Virus record (IMG/VR): IMGVR_UViG_3300043602_000092
Location: 1-59,608 of that record
Length of the DNA: 59,608 nt
Strand: one strand, 5' to 3'
Source of the DNA: a virus
Taxonomy: Duplodnaviria > Caudoviricetes
Below the pieces are notes generated by a model, which saw only the letters and a program-made list of their open reading frames with translations, made no database searches and was not told the DNA's origin. Below are positions 1 through 7,284 of the stretch, piece by piece. The translations under genes were made by a program, and so were the position numbers. Positions within the stretch are counted from its first letter, which is position 1; every line of letters begins with the position of its first letter.

Positions 1-127
1 ATCTGGCCCTCCATCGACAACCGTCACATTGGTGACTTTCAATTCGACAACCTCGACGCCCTCCATGAGGCATTCGCCGCAGTTGATGCGCGGGGCGGTC
101 TTATCGACCACCGTGTTACTGATTGCG
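1..127. repeat. Terminal direct repeat (copy 1), assembly overlap of a circular contig
   Basis: 1-127 is identical to 59482-59608; an ORF reads through the join. Confidence 0.95.
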
Positions 128-168
128 CCGCAGCGCGGGCACTCAAGATCAAGAAGATAGATGATCAT
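1..168 (-). CDS. Small Zn-ribbon protein, 61 aa, spanning the circular junction (168 to 1, then 59481 to 59464)
   Basis: Manual translation MIIYLLDLECPRCG...INCGECLM...DEICDR*; two CxxC pairs; ATGA overlap with the stop of 165..509. Confidence 0.65.
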   Translation of the reverse strand, partial: MIIYLLDLECPRCGAISNTVVDKTAPRINCGECLMEGVEVVELKVTNVTVVDGGPD

Positions 169-509
169 TCTGCGTGGCCTTTCGCTGGGCTGGTGAGGAG
201 GTCGAGCAATTCCTGCTGGCCCCGGATGTATTCGGACAGGGCCTCACCGCGCAGCGAGATTGAGAGCGGCACTGATGATTGCGCGGCCCAGAACCTCTGC
301 AGCACCCGCGCGCTGGGCAGGGATGTCACCACCGCGTCGGCCTTGGGCGGCCATCCGAGGAATGATGCGGTCGGGGAAGTGTACAGGAACAGGGTGAAGT
401 CCTGAGTGTGGAGGACGTACCCGAGCGGAGGATCGTTCATCGCGGCGCGTGCGGCCTCGATGTTCTTGTGGATGATCCGCGCATAATCGACGTGAGTAAG
501 TTGCGTCAT
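165..509 (-). CDS. Hypothetical protein
   Basis: 114-aa ORF with 4-bp overlaps to both neighbours. Confidence 0.7.
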   Translation of the reverse strand: MTQLTHVDYARIIHKNIEAARAAMNDPPLGYVLHTQDFTLFLYTSPTASFLGWPPKADAVVTSLPSARVLQRFWAAQSSVPLSISLRGEALSEYIRGQQELLDLLTSPAKGHAE

Positions 510-685
510 GGTGAAACCTGGTTCTTGCAGGCGGTGAGAATATCGCGCGCGGTCGCCAACTGATCGACAATGCGCGGCGGGTGGGGCATCCCCTCAAGGG
601 CCTCAACCATGATCCGCATCAGGACCAGATTGAGCGAGGATGATGCGAGGGTGATCAATTGTTCGTTCGTTAGATCGGGTGGCAT
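506..685 (-). CDS. Hypothetical protein
   Basis: ATG at 685 preceded by GGAGCAAGCG RBS. Confidence 0.65.
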   Translation of the reverse strand: MPPDLTNEQLITLASSSLNLVLMRIMVEALEGMPHPPRIVDQLATARDILTACKNQVSP

Positions 686-699
686 CGCTTGCTCCATTA

Positions 700-896
700 A
701 GAAAAAAACGTCGGTCCTTGCGAGGTTTCACTGGTGCCTAACAGACATGCCGTGAGGGGAACCAGAACCTCGCCTTGTCGCGCCTTGGTCATCGAAGCCG
801 CTCCGATGGCCGCACGCTCGCCCGTTGACCGATACGGCTGCGGGGCAATACCATTCCCCTCAGGCAATCGTGCCGCGCACCTTTCGATGCGCGGCG
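700..896 (-). ncRNA. Candidate structured RNA (leader or sRNA)
   Basis: Complementary pairs 872-881/886-895 (GAAA loop on minus strand), 720-727/766-773, 753-761/854-862, 711-716/827-832; ends in a U7 tract. Confidence 0.45.
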
Positions 897-905
897 TTGT
901 TGGAT

Positions 906-1217
906 TTAGTTGATGGTGCCGCCATCGACTACGGTCAGCACCGGGGCCGCCGGGGCTTCGCGGCGAACCGGGGCCGCCTCATATTCTGCCGTCGAGAGGA
1001 ACCCCAGCATCGTCAGGATTTCGCTGCCGGTTTCCTGCACCGCGAACCCGCCGCCATCAGCGAAGGTGATCCGGGTGCCATCGCCTTCACGGCGGGGATT
1101 GAAGCAGCGGATGCGCGCGGGATTGACCGCGACCTTCACCAGCTTCGGGGCATCGCCTTCGTCCTCGCGATATGCGCGGGTGTCGATCTTGGTGAGGATG
1201 ATGAGATTGAGTGTCAT
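906..1217 (-). CDS. Small protein, FlbD/SwrD-like fold (tentative)
   Basis: AAAGGAG RBS; pattern LTKID..VNPARI..TRITFADG...VQET.SEI resembles the FlbD family. Confidence 0.5.
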   Translation of the reverse strand: MTLNLIILTKIDTRAYREDEGDAPKLVKVAVNPARIRCFNPRREGDGTRITFADGGGFAVQETGSEILTMLGFLSTAEYEAAPVRREAPAAPVLTVVDGGTIN

Positions 1218-1262
1218 AGCGTGGCTCCTTTCGAGAGCGTTGTGGATTGGCGTCTTGCCTTT

Positions 1263-1316
1263 CCTGACCCCTCAACCCCGCACTTGAGGCGGGGCAAAGG
1301 CGGCGATGGGATCAGG
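1263..1316 (-). repeat. Intergenic hairpin element, copy 1
   Basis: Minus strand CCTGAT..GCCCCGC-loop-GCGGGGT-TGAGGGGTCAG. Confidence 0.8.
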
Positions 1317-1318
1317 CG

Positions 1319-2149
1319 TTATCCGTTCATCGAATAGTCGTGGTCGAGCGGATCGTTTTCTTCGTGATTGTATTCGCGCGCGGCGTGGGCCTGCGCTGCG
1401 CGGTTGCGGCGATCCCATCGCGCGAACGCCGGGGTTTCCATGATGGCGCGGGCCGCGTGCTTCGCGCGCTCATCGCGGATGGTGCCCGCGCGATCCGCCT
1501 CGACTTCCATCGCCTGCATCTCGCGCTCGCCATCGGCAATCTGGCCCCAAGGCAGTCCGAAGTTCTCCGCGCAATCGGGGCCATAGCCGACCGTGCGCGA
1601 TGCCGGATGCGTGAGGTTCTTATTGCAGAAGCAGCAAGACTTGGTGATCTGGCCGTGCTGCGCCGCGACCGCTGCCGGATCGGCGGCAAAGGCGCGCAAC
1701 TTGTCACCGAGTGCCGGATCAGTATCGCGGGCAGGCTCGAATGTGCCCGCCTTGGTGATGCGGCCCAGCCACTTGCGGCGGCCATACTGGTCGCGTTCTG
1801 AGGACGAGGTGATGGTGAGCGATCCCGGCTCGCGAGCGCGATCCCCTGCAACATTGATCCGATAGTCGGTGAATACGATGGCGGGCAAGCGCCTGCCCGT
1901 GCGATTGGCGGTGGCCGCATCGAACAAGGCATTGATCCGGGTGAGGTCGCCAATCGCCTGAGGGGCGGCGGCGGGGCGTTCTGCGATTTCATAAAGGAAG
2001 TCGCCGCGAACTTGCGTCATCAATGCGCCGAGCGTCACTTGCTTCTGCGCTCCCGCGCGGGTCGTGACGGTGACGGTTGATCCGGGTTCCTGCTGGGCGG
2101 GGCATCGGATGGCCCATAGCGGGCCGAGCTTGGCGTAGGTGTTGGTCAT
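1319..2149 (-). CDS. DUF6011-like Zn-binding domain protein
   Basis: CCFCNKNLTHPASRTVGYGPDC motif; ATG 2149 with GAGCAAGCC RBS. Confidence 0.75.
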   Translation of the reverse strand: MTNTYAKLGPLWAIRCPAQQEPGSTVTVTTRAGAQKQVTLGALMTQVRGDFLYEIAERPAAAPQAIGDLTRINALFDAATANRTGRRLPAIVFTDYRINVAGDRAREPGSLTITSSSERDQYGRRKWLGRITKAGTFEPARDTDPALGDKLRAFAADPAAVAAQHGQITKSCCFCNKNLTHPASRTVGYGPDCAENFGLPWGQIADGEREMQAMEVEADRAGTIRDERAKHAARAIMETPAFARWDRRNRAAQAHAAREYNHEENDPLDHDYSMNG

Positions 2150-2186
2150 GGCTTGCTCGTTAATGTAGCGAAGCGGCGGTTGCCGG

Positions 2187-2226
2187 TTCTGACCCCTTGG
2201 CCCCGCGCGGTGGCGGGGCTGGGTTC
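2187..2226 (-). repeat. Intergenic hairpin element, copy 2
   Basis: Minus strand GCCCCGC-loop-GCGGGGC-CAAGGGGTCAG. Confidence 0.8.
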
Positions 2227-2238
2227 GTCGCTGGATTG

Positions 2239-2282
2239 AATGTGGGCCAAGCCAGTGGAAAAGGCAAGGCCACCTTATCATT
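2239..2282 (-). promoter_or_regulatory. Putative early promoter with TGATAAGG-N3-CCTTGCC motif
   Basis: Motif at 2263-2280; CTTGCC-N17-CCACAT spacing as in copies at 4168 and 6509. Confidence 0.65.
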
Positions 2283-2913
2283 ATTTTTCGTAGTTCTTTT
2301 CGGCCCTGATCCACTCTGCAATCTTCTGGACCCGTGCCCATTGATCGGCCTTGCTCCAATCGAACCCGGAAAGAACGAGGCTCGCCACGCCACCATCGGT
2401 GATCCCTGCAATCTCTTGCAGCATCGCGAACGCCGCGTCCTCGTCACCGAGTTGCGATGCGCGACCGACATCGTCCATCTTGATGTTCGCCGTGCCCTTG
2501 GCCTGAGGCGGCATCGCATAGGCCACGCCCCACTCAATCGTGATTGCATCGGGATGCACCAGCAGTTCGCCGTCTTGCCTGATCACCCCGGCGTCGAGTG
2601 CCGGTTTGAAGCGGGCCTTGTCGGTCTGCCAATAAAGGATTGCGCCGTCCGCCGCAGCGAGTGCCGCGAGAACATCGGAATAGTCGATCTGGGTGCAGAA
2701 GCCCCACCCGAGACTGATCAGGCCGTTGCTCATCGGCTCGATTAAGAGCAGTTCCTCAGCGGTTTCCGGGTCACGCTGCGACACGAAATAGAGCGCAATT
2801 TTTTGCAACTCACCAGGTTTCACGGCCACGTTATCAAACCCGTTCCACTTTGATCCGTGGGCGAACCCATCGAATGCTGGGCTATCGTCGAAAGTAAATT
2901 TACAGGGTGTCAT
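2281..2913 (-). CDS. Hypothetical protein
   Basis: ATG 2913 with AAAGGA RBS, overlapping the upstream stop. Confidence 0.7.
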   Translation of the reverse strand: MTPCKFTFDDSPAFDGFAHGSKWNGFDNVAVKPGELQKIALYFVSQRDPETAEELLLIEPMSNGLISLGWGFCTQIDYSDVLAALAAADGAILYWQTDKARFKPALDAGVIRQDGELLVHPDAITIEWGVAYAMPPQAKGTANIKMDDVGRASQLGDEDAAFAMLQEIAGITDGGVASLVLSGFDWSKADQWARVQKIAEWIRAEKNYEK

Positions 2914-3350
2914 TGCGCGTCCTTTCTGGAGAGAATGAAGTCGCGGGCCTCGTCCTTGGAATAAGCAACCTTGAGGCGGCGGTCGCCTTGCATGATATGG
3001 AACATGCGACCGCATCGCGGCTCGCTATCATCGGTCAGGATCGAGAGGCCCTGCTTCGCGCAGATGCTTTCAAACGTGGCCGCGTCGGTGACGTATTGCA
3101 GAACCTCAGACCAGTCGTCGGTTTCGAGCGGATCATCGTCGCCCTCCTGAAGATCGGACGGGATAACGGTGAACCGCGATCCGGTGGGATGCTCGCGCTG
3201 CGCCTGATCGAGATAGTCGATCATGATCTGGAACGCGGGGCTGGAATAAGAGGGGCAGGCATCGTTGTGCCATGAGGTGTCCGCGAAGCCCTCAGGCAGC
3301 GCGGGCATATCGGCGGCGGGAAAGTCTGGAAACTCCGTGGCGTAGGTCAT
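2910..3350 (-). CDS. Hypothetical protein (DTSWHNDACPS motif)
   Basis: ATG 3350 with GGAGCAAG RBS. Confidence 0.7.
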   Translation of the reverse strand: MTYATEFPDFPAADMPALPEGFADTSWHNDACPSYSSPAFQIMIDYLDQAQREHPTGSRFTVIPSDLQEGDDDPLETDDWSEVLQYVTDAATFESICAKQGLSILTDDSEPRCGRMFHIMQGDRRLKVAYSKDEARDFILSRKDAQ

Positions 3351-3376
3351 CGGTCTTGCTCCGAAGCGGGATGCTT

Positions 3377-3434
3377 CTGACCCCTCAACCCCGCGCGATG
3401 GCGGGGCGATAAGGGGATCGTGCGCGGGATCAGG
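3377..3434 (-). repeat. Intergenic hairpin element, copy 3
   Basis: Same consensus as copy 1; begins at the TGA stop of the upstream gene. Confidence 0.8.
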
Positions 3435-3744
3435 GTCGGCGCTCATAGAACGTCGCGTGGTAGGTGCCGCCGTGCAGTTTGAAATCTCGCACCGGCCTGA
3501 AACCGAAGCCCTCATAGTAAGGCTTCAACTTTTCAATCGAGGTGCCGAGCGCGAGCGTCACGCCATACTCGTCGGCAAGGGTGCAAAGGTCTTGCAAGGC
3601 GATTGCGCCGTTGCCCTTTGCCCCGCGATTGCGGAGGCCCATGATGCTCCAAGGGCCGCGAGCGTTTGCGGTGATTGAGTATGTGACACCGAGTTGCGTG
3701 CGATGCTCGTCGGCAAGTTCATCAAAGGCGGTCTTGGCGGTCAT
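3430..3744 (-). CDS. GNAT-family acetyltransferase-like protein
   Basis: RGAKGNG glycine motif and C-terminal LKPYYEGFGF typical of GNAT motifs A and B. Confidence 0.6.
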   Translation of the reverse strand: MTAKTAFDELADEHRTQLGVTYSITANARGPWSIMGLRNRGAKGNGAIALQDLCTLADEYGVTLALGTSIEKLKPYYEGFGFRPVRDFKLHGGTYHATFYERRP

Positions 3745-3771
3745 TGCTATTTCTCCCGCAGCGGGATGCTG

Positions 3772-3816
3772 CTGACCCCTTGGCCCCGCGACCGGCGGGG
3801 CGGGGCGGGGATCAGG
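3772..3816 (-). repeat. Intergenic hairpin element, copy 4
   Basis: Same consensus; begins at the TGA stop of the upstream gene. Confidence 0.8.
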
Positions 3817-3979
3817 CGGCGGCCTTTGGCCTTGGTGGATGGCGGGGCAATTTTCCCTCGCCGTCGCAGTAGGTGCATTGTGCGCCTTGCCTGCGATCCT
3901 TTTCCGTGAAGGCGGCACCGCCGTCGCATCGCGGGCACTGGAACCAAGTGCGGTCGTGGATTGTCTGGGCGGTGATCAT
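3812..3979 (-). CDS. Small Zn-finger protein, 55 aa (DnaJ-like CxxCxG repeats)
   Basis: Manual translation MITAQ...CPRCDGG...CTYCDGEG; ATGA overlap. Confidence 0.6.
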   Translation of the reverse strand: MITAQTIHDRTWFQCPRCDGGAAFTEKDRRQGAQCTYCDGEGKLPRHPPRPKAAA

Positions 3980-4110
3980 TTCCGGCGGGCCTCATATTCC
4001 GCCATCAATTCGTCAAGGCTCTTTTCCATCGCGGCCTTGATGCAGGCGTGGGCCTGAAATTTCGCCTCAGTGGCGAAAGTCTTTTTGCATTGGGCGCATC
4101 GGCATTTCAT
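3976..4110 (-). CDS. Small C2HC/C2H2-like Zn-finger protein, 44 aa
   Basis: CAQCKKTFATEAKFQAHAC; AAGGAG RBS. Confidence 0.6.
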   Translation of the reverse strand: MKCRCAQCKKTFATEAKFQAHACIKAAMEKSLDELMAEYEARRK

Positions 4111-4167
4111 CTGGCTTCTCCTTGGGGCGGGATGCCCCGGCGGCGGCGGCCCCAAGGGCCTTGCTGC

Positions 4168-4219
4168 ATGGACCATATGTGGCCCACCCTGCTCGAAATG
4201 GCAAGGGCACCTTATCATT
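4168..4219 (-). promoter_or_regulatory. Putative early promoter/operator
   Basis: 46/52 identical to 6509-6560; TGATAAGG-N3-CCTTGCC followed by CCACATATG. Confidence 0.75.
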
Positions 4220-4345
4220 ATTTCAGGAAAAAAGTGCTGGCAACCCGATACCTGGGTGGGGCCGAAGCGGCCACTTTTCTGGTGGGCACTGGTGCGGAAT
4301 TTCAGGGAGGGAGGTAGAGCGGAGGCCGCCGGGGCGGCCCCTCAC

Positions 4346-5035
4346 TCAGTCGCCATATACGGCCATTGCGCGGCCCCATAGGCCAAGGTCAAGGTTCCCC
4401 TGAGGCTCCGGGGCGGCCTTGGGGCGGCCTTTCCCGGCGGGGCGGGCCTTGGCGGCGGCCCGCGCGGCCTTGGCCTGATCCGCCTTTGATGGCGGCGGGG
4501 CGGCGGCCTTGGCGGCCTTGGCCTTGGCAATCTCGCTGGGCCGCGATGCCAACTCCGGTCGGCCCTTTCGCGCGTGCCGTTGTCTCTCGATATGCGAGGG
4601 CGCTTTTTTATCATGCGATGCTTCGACCGCCTGATCGAGCGGGCCGCGCGGCAGTTTGAAGTCGCGATAACCTTCTTGAATTGATCGCAGATAGAACTTG
4701 CTGGGCGGCATGATCCCGGTCGAGTTCATGACGTAGACCAGAAGCGCATCGTGCATCTCGCCTTCAAAATCATAAGGCTCAATCGGAATGTAGACCTTGC
4801 GATACATCTGGCTTTCGACGCCCTCATATCGGTCGAGGACTTGCTCGCAGGCATCGGTGAGTTTCCAGACCGCGCCTTGCACCTTGTCTCCCGGCGATTG
4901 AACGATGTCGGCCACTCCCCTGAAAACCAGAAGCCAATCATCGAGAACGATTGATCCGATGGCGGTGGCGGCGGGGCATCGGTGCCGCATCTGCTCTTTG
5001 TTCAGGTTCGATCCGTAGGCAAAATAAAGTGTCAC
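4346..5035 (-). CDS. Gamma-glutamylcyclotransferase (AIG2-like) with basic Ala/Lys tail
   Basis: YFAYGSNL, LDRYEG and VYVM motifs. Confidence 0.9.
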   Translation of the reverse strand: MTLYFAYGSNLNKEQMRHRCPAATAIGSIVLDDWLLVFRGVADIVQSPGDKVQGAVWKLTDACEQVLDRYEGVESQMYRKVYIPIEPYDFEGEMHDALLVYVMNSTGIMPPSKFYLRSIQEGYRDFKLPRGPLDQAVEASHDKKAPSHIERQRHARKGRPELASRPSEIAKAKAAKAAAPPPSKADQAKAARAAAKARPAGKGRPKAAPEPQGNLDLGLWGRAMAVYGD

Positions 5036-5057
5036 TTGCTTGCTCCGTTGTTAAGTT

Positions 5058-5116
5058 CTGACCCCTCGACCCCGGTGGGTCTTTCGACCGCCGGGGCAAA
5101 GGGCCTTTCGATCAGG
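5058..5116 (-). repeat. Intergenic hairpin element, copy 5
   Basis: Same consensus with a compensatory pair change and an extended GAAA-capped stem. Confidence 0.8.
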
Positions 5117-5324
5117 CTTCGACTTTCATCCCCATTGCGAGGGCCGCCATCGCGAGCTTGATGTATCGCGGGGTGGTGGGCGGATCGCGCTCCCAATCGC
5201 CAAGGGCAGTGCGCGAGCATCCCAATGCTTCGGAAGCATCGCGCTGATTGAGGCCCATCGCCTCTCGCCAAGAGGCGATGGAATTATCTGGGGCCGCCGG
5301 TTCTTTGATGGTCTTGGAACTCAT
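5112..5324 (-). CDS. XRE-type HTH DNA-binding protein
   Basis: WREAMGLNQRDASEALGCSRTALGDWE. Confidence 0.8.
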   Translation of the reverse strand: MSSKTIKEPAAPDNSIASWREAMGLNQRDASEALGCSRTALGDWERDPPTTPRYIKLAMAALAMGMKVEA

Positions 5325-5373
5325 AGCAATTCTCCTTCGTGGGTGGTGGCGGGGCCGAAGCCCCGCCGGTTGA

Positions 5374-6450
5374 TCAGGCGGCCCATGCGATGGGGCCGCC
5401 CAAGTTCGCGGTGCGCTGGGTGACGTATTCCCTGACCGATCCCGAAAGGGCGAGCAGGGTGCAGAAGCCATCCACCGAAACGTCGTGGCTGGATGCGATG
5501 GTCGGGGCGGCGGTTGCTACCGCGTTCACCGAGTAGCGTGTCTCGCGACCGATCCGGGTGGTGACAATCGGCAGGCCCGTTGATGCCGCGATCTGCGCGA
5601 TTGAAACCGAGGGCCATTGCGTGGCTTCTACAATCTCAGTGCGGCTCGCGCCTTGGGGCCGCATGATCATCTCTACAATCGTATGGCGCTTGCTGCCCCG
5701 GCGTGCGGTATTGCGGAAAGTGCCCGCCGATGCCTGCGTCGCGGTTTCAAAGGTGATCGCGTCGTTCTTGGCGGCCTCAACGATGGCCCAGCAGATACGA
5801 ACCCAATTCTCAGACTTGGTCGCATCGACCGTTCCCGAATGCTGCCGAAATTCAATCGTCTTGTGGCGATTGAAGGCGGTGACATTCACCTTGTGGTATC
5901 GCGGTTCTCCCGCGCGGCTCGCGCGCTGGATCGTATAGGCCAGATCAGAAATGCTGGCGGCCTGATTGATCGCGGCGGGAGAGGCGGCCAAGAGCGACCG
6001 GGTGAAAGTATTGGTCGAGTTGCGGCGGCTCATCGGCATGATGCCGTCGATCACCTTCTCGTAGGTCTGATAAAGGCGCACCGCCTTTTTGAAAAACCCA
6101 AGGCCCATCCCTGCGACACCTACATGGACGTGCATTCCCGCGTCCTTGTTAACGGTGCATCCGAAATCGGTGAGGGCTTCGCAAACGGCCCGCATCTCCT
6201 TGATGCCTTCCTCGCCCTGAAGCGGCGGGAGGGCGCGCGATACGACCTCAACTCCGTGGGTGTAGTCGCCAAGGGAACCATCTGGTACGATTTTCCAGTG
6301 GGGCGTGGCGTTGTGGCCGTAGTTCTCGACCTTGCAAGACTGCCCGAAAGCAGAAAGGCGGGCCGAGATGGCGGCGGCCAATTGTTCGCGGGTTGATCCG
6401 CGCGGAATGAAGCATTCAAACTCCGTTCCGAAAGTAAGTCCGTAGGGCAT
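5374..6450 (-). CDS. Putative amidoligase (COOH-NH2 ligase) with C-terminal DUF3489-like wHTH
   Basis: TFGTEFE, WKIVPDGSL, VEVVS, GMHVHVG, RYHKVN, TIEFRQHSGT; later MIMRPQGASRTEIVEATQW. Confidence 0.85.
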   Translation of the reverse strand: MPYGLTFGTEFECFIPRGSTREQLAAAISARLSAFGQSCKVENYGHNATPHWKIVPDGSLGDYTHGVEVVSRALPPLQGEEGIKEMRAVCEALTDFGCTVNKDAGMHVHVGVAGMGLGFFKKAVRLYQTYEKVIDGIMPMSRRNSTNTFTRSLLAASPAAINQAASISDLAYTIQRASRAGEPRYHKVNVTAFNRHKTIEFRQHSGTVDATKSENWVRICWAIVEAAKNDAITFETATQASAGTFRNTARRGSKRHTIVEMIMRPQGASRTEIVEATQWPSVSIAQIAASTGLPIVTTRIGRETRYSVNAVATAAPTIASSHDVSVDGFCTLLALSGSVREYVTQRTANLGGPIAWAA

Positions 6451-6508
6451 GGCTTGCTCCTCAGGGCGGGATTGCCCCGGCGGGTTGCCTGTATTGGCCG
6501 CCCCGTCG

Positions 6509-6560
6509 ATGGACCATATGTGGCCCATCCTGCTGGGAAAGGCAAGGCCGCCTTATCATT
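6509..6560 (-). promoter_or_regulatory. Putative early promoter/operator, divergent from terS
   Basis: Near-duplicate of 4168-4219. Confidence 0.75.
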
Positions 6561-6588
6561 TTTCTCGAATAAAAGTCGGAGGTGAATA

Positions 6589-7284
6589 ATGCCCGAAGAT
6601 CAGGCTCTTAGTGGGGAGGCCCCTGAAATCGCAGGGGAAAACAGGCCCGCCCCGGATCAGGCCGCCCCGCCCCAAGGGGATCAGGCGGCCCCGGCGGCCC
6701 CGGATCAGGCCCAAGGCGATCAGGCCCCGCGCGGGGCATTGATGACCGCCGATATGGCGGGCCGCCTCATAATGAAATCAGGCGAGCGGGTTCGCCAACT
6801 CGCAAAGGAGGGGTGGATACCAAAGCACGGAACCGGCCAAGGTGCGCGCTATGCCTTGGTGGATGTAGTGCAAGGTTACATTCGGTTCCGCGATGACGTA
6901 GACCGTCGCGGTCAGAAGACCGCCGCCGCCACGCGCATCTCAGACGCACGCGCTCGCGAGATTGAATTGCGAACCGCGATCCGAGAAGGCCGTCTTATCG
7001 ACCTTGACGAAGCACTTGATGCAGTGGAGGAATTGATAGGTCTGCTCCGCACCGAGTTGTCGGGGTTGCCTGCACGCTGCACTCGCGACTTGCAGATCAG
7101 GCGCACAATTGAAACGGTTCGCAATGACATCCTCGACCGCATCGCTGATCTTGCCGAGCAGAAAGCAAAAGATATGGGAACGCGTCGGTCTGCTGGCACG
7201 GCCATCGAAGCCAATGCCACCGGACAAGTGGGCGGAAACGAACCGAACCCATCCGCAGACATCCGGGGTGCCGGGTCCGCGTGA
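6589..7284 (+). CDS. Terminase small subunit (Nu1-like)
   Basis: GGAGG RBS; wHTH-like ERVRQLAKEGWIP followed by helical region; precedes the large subunit. Confidence 0.75.
   Translation: MPEDQALSGEAPEIAGENRPAPDQAAPPQGDQAAPAAPDQAQGDQAPRGALMTADMAGRLIMKSGERVRQLAKEGWIPKHGTGQGARYALVDVVQGYIRFRDDVDRRGQKTAAATRISDARAREIELRTAIREGRLIDLDEALDAVEELIGLLRTELSGLPARCTRDLQIRRTIETVRNDILDRIADLAEQKAKDMGTRRSAGTAIEANATGQVGGNEPNPSADIRGAGSA

Noticed and set aside
1263-5116. Intergenic repeats as a CRISPR array or integron attC sites
   Set aside because: Spacing is gene-sized and irregular; no cas or integron integrase gene; no RYYYAAC/GTTRRRY ends.
5058-5116. Hammerhead ribozyme (CUGAUCGAAA on the minus strand)
   Set aside because: Does not fit the CUGANGA core, and the other copies lack GAAA.
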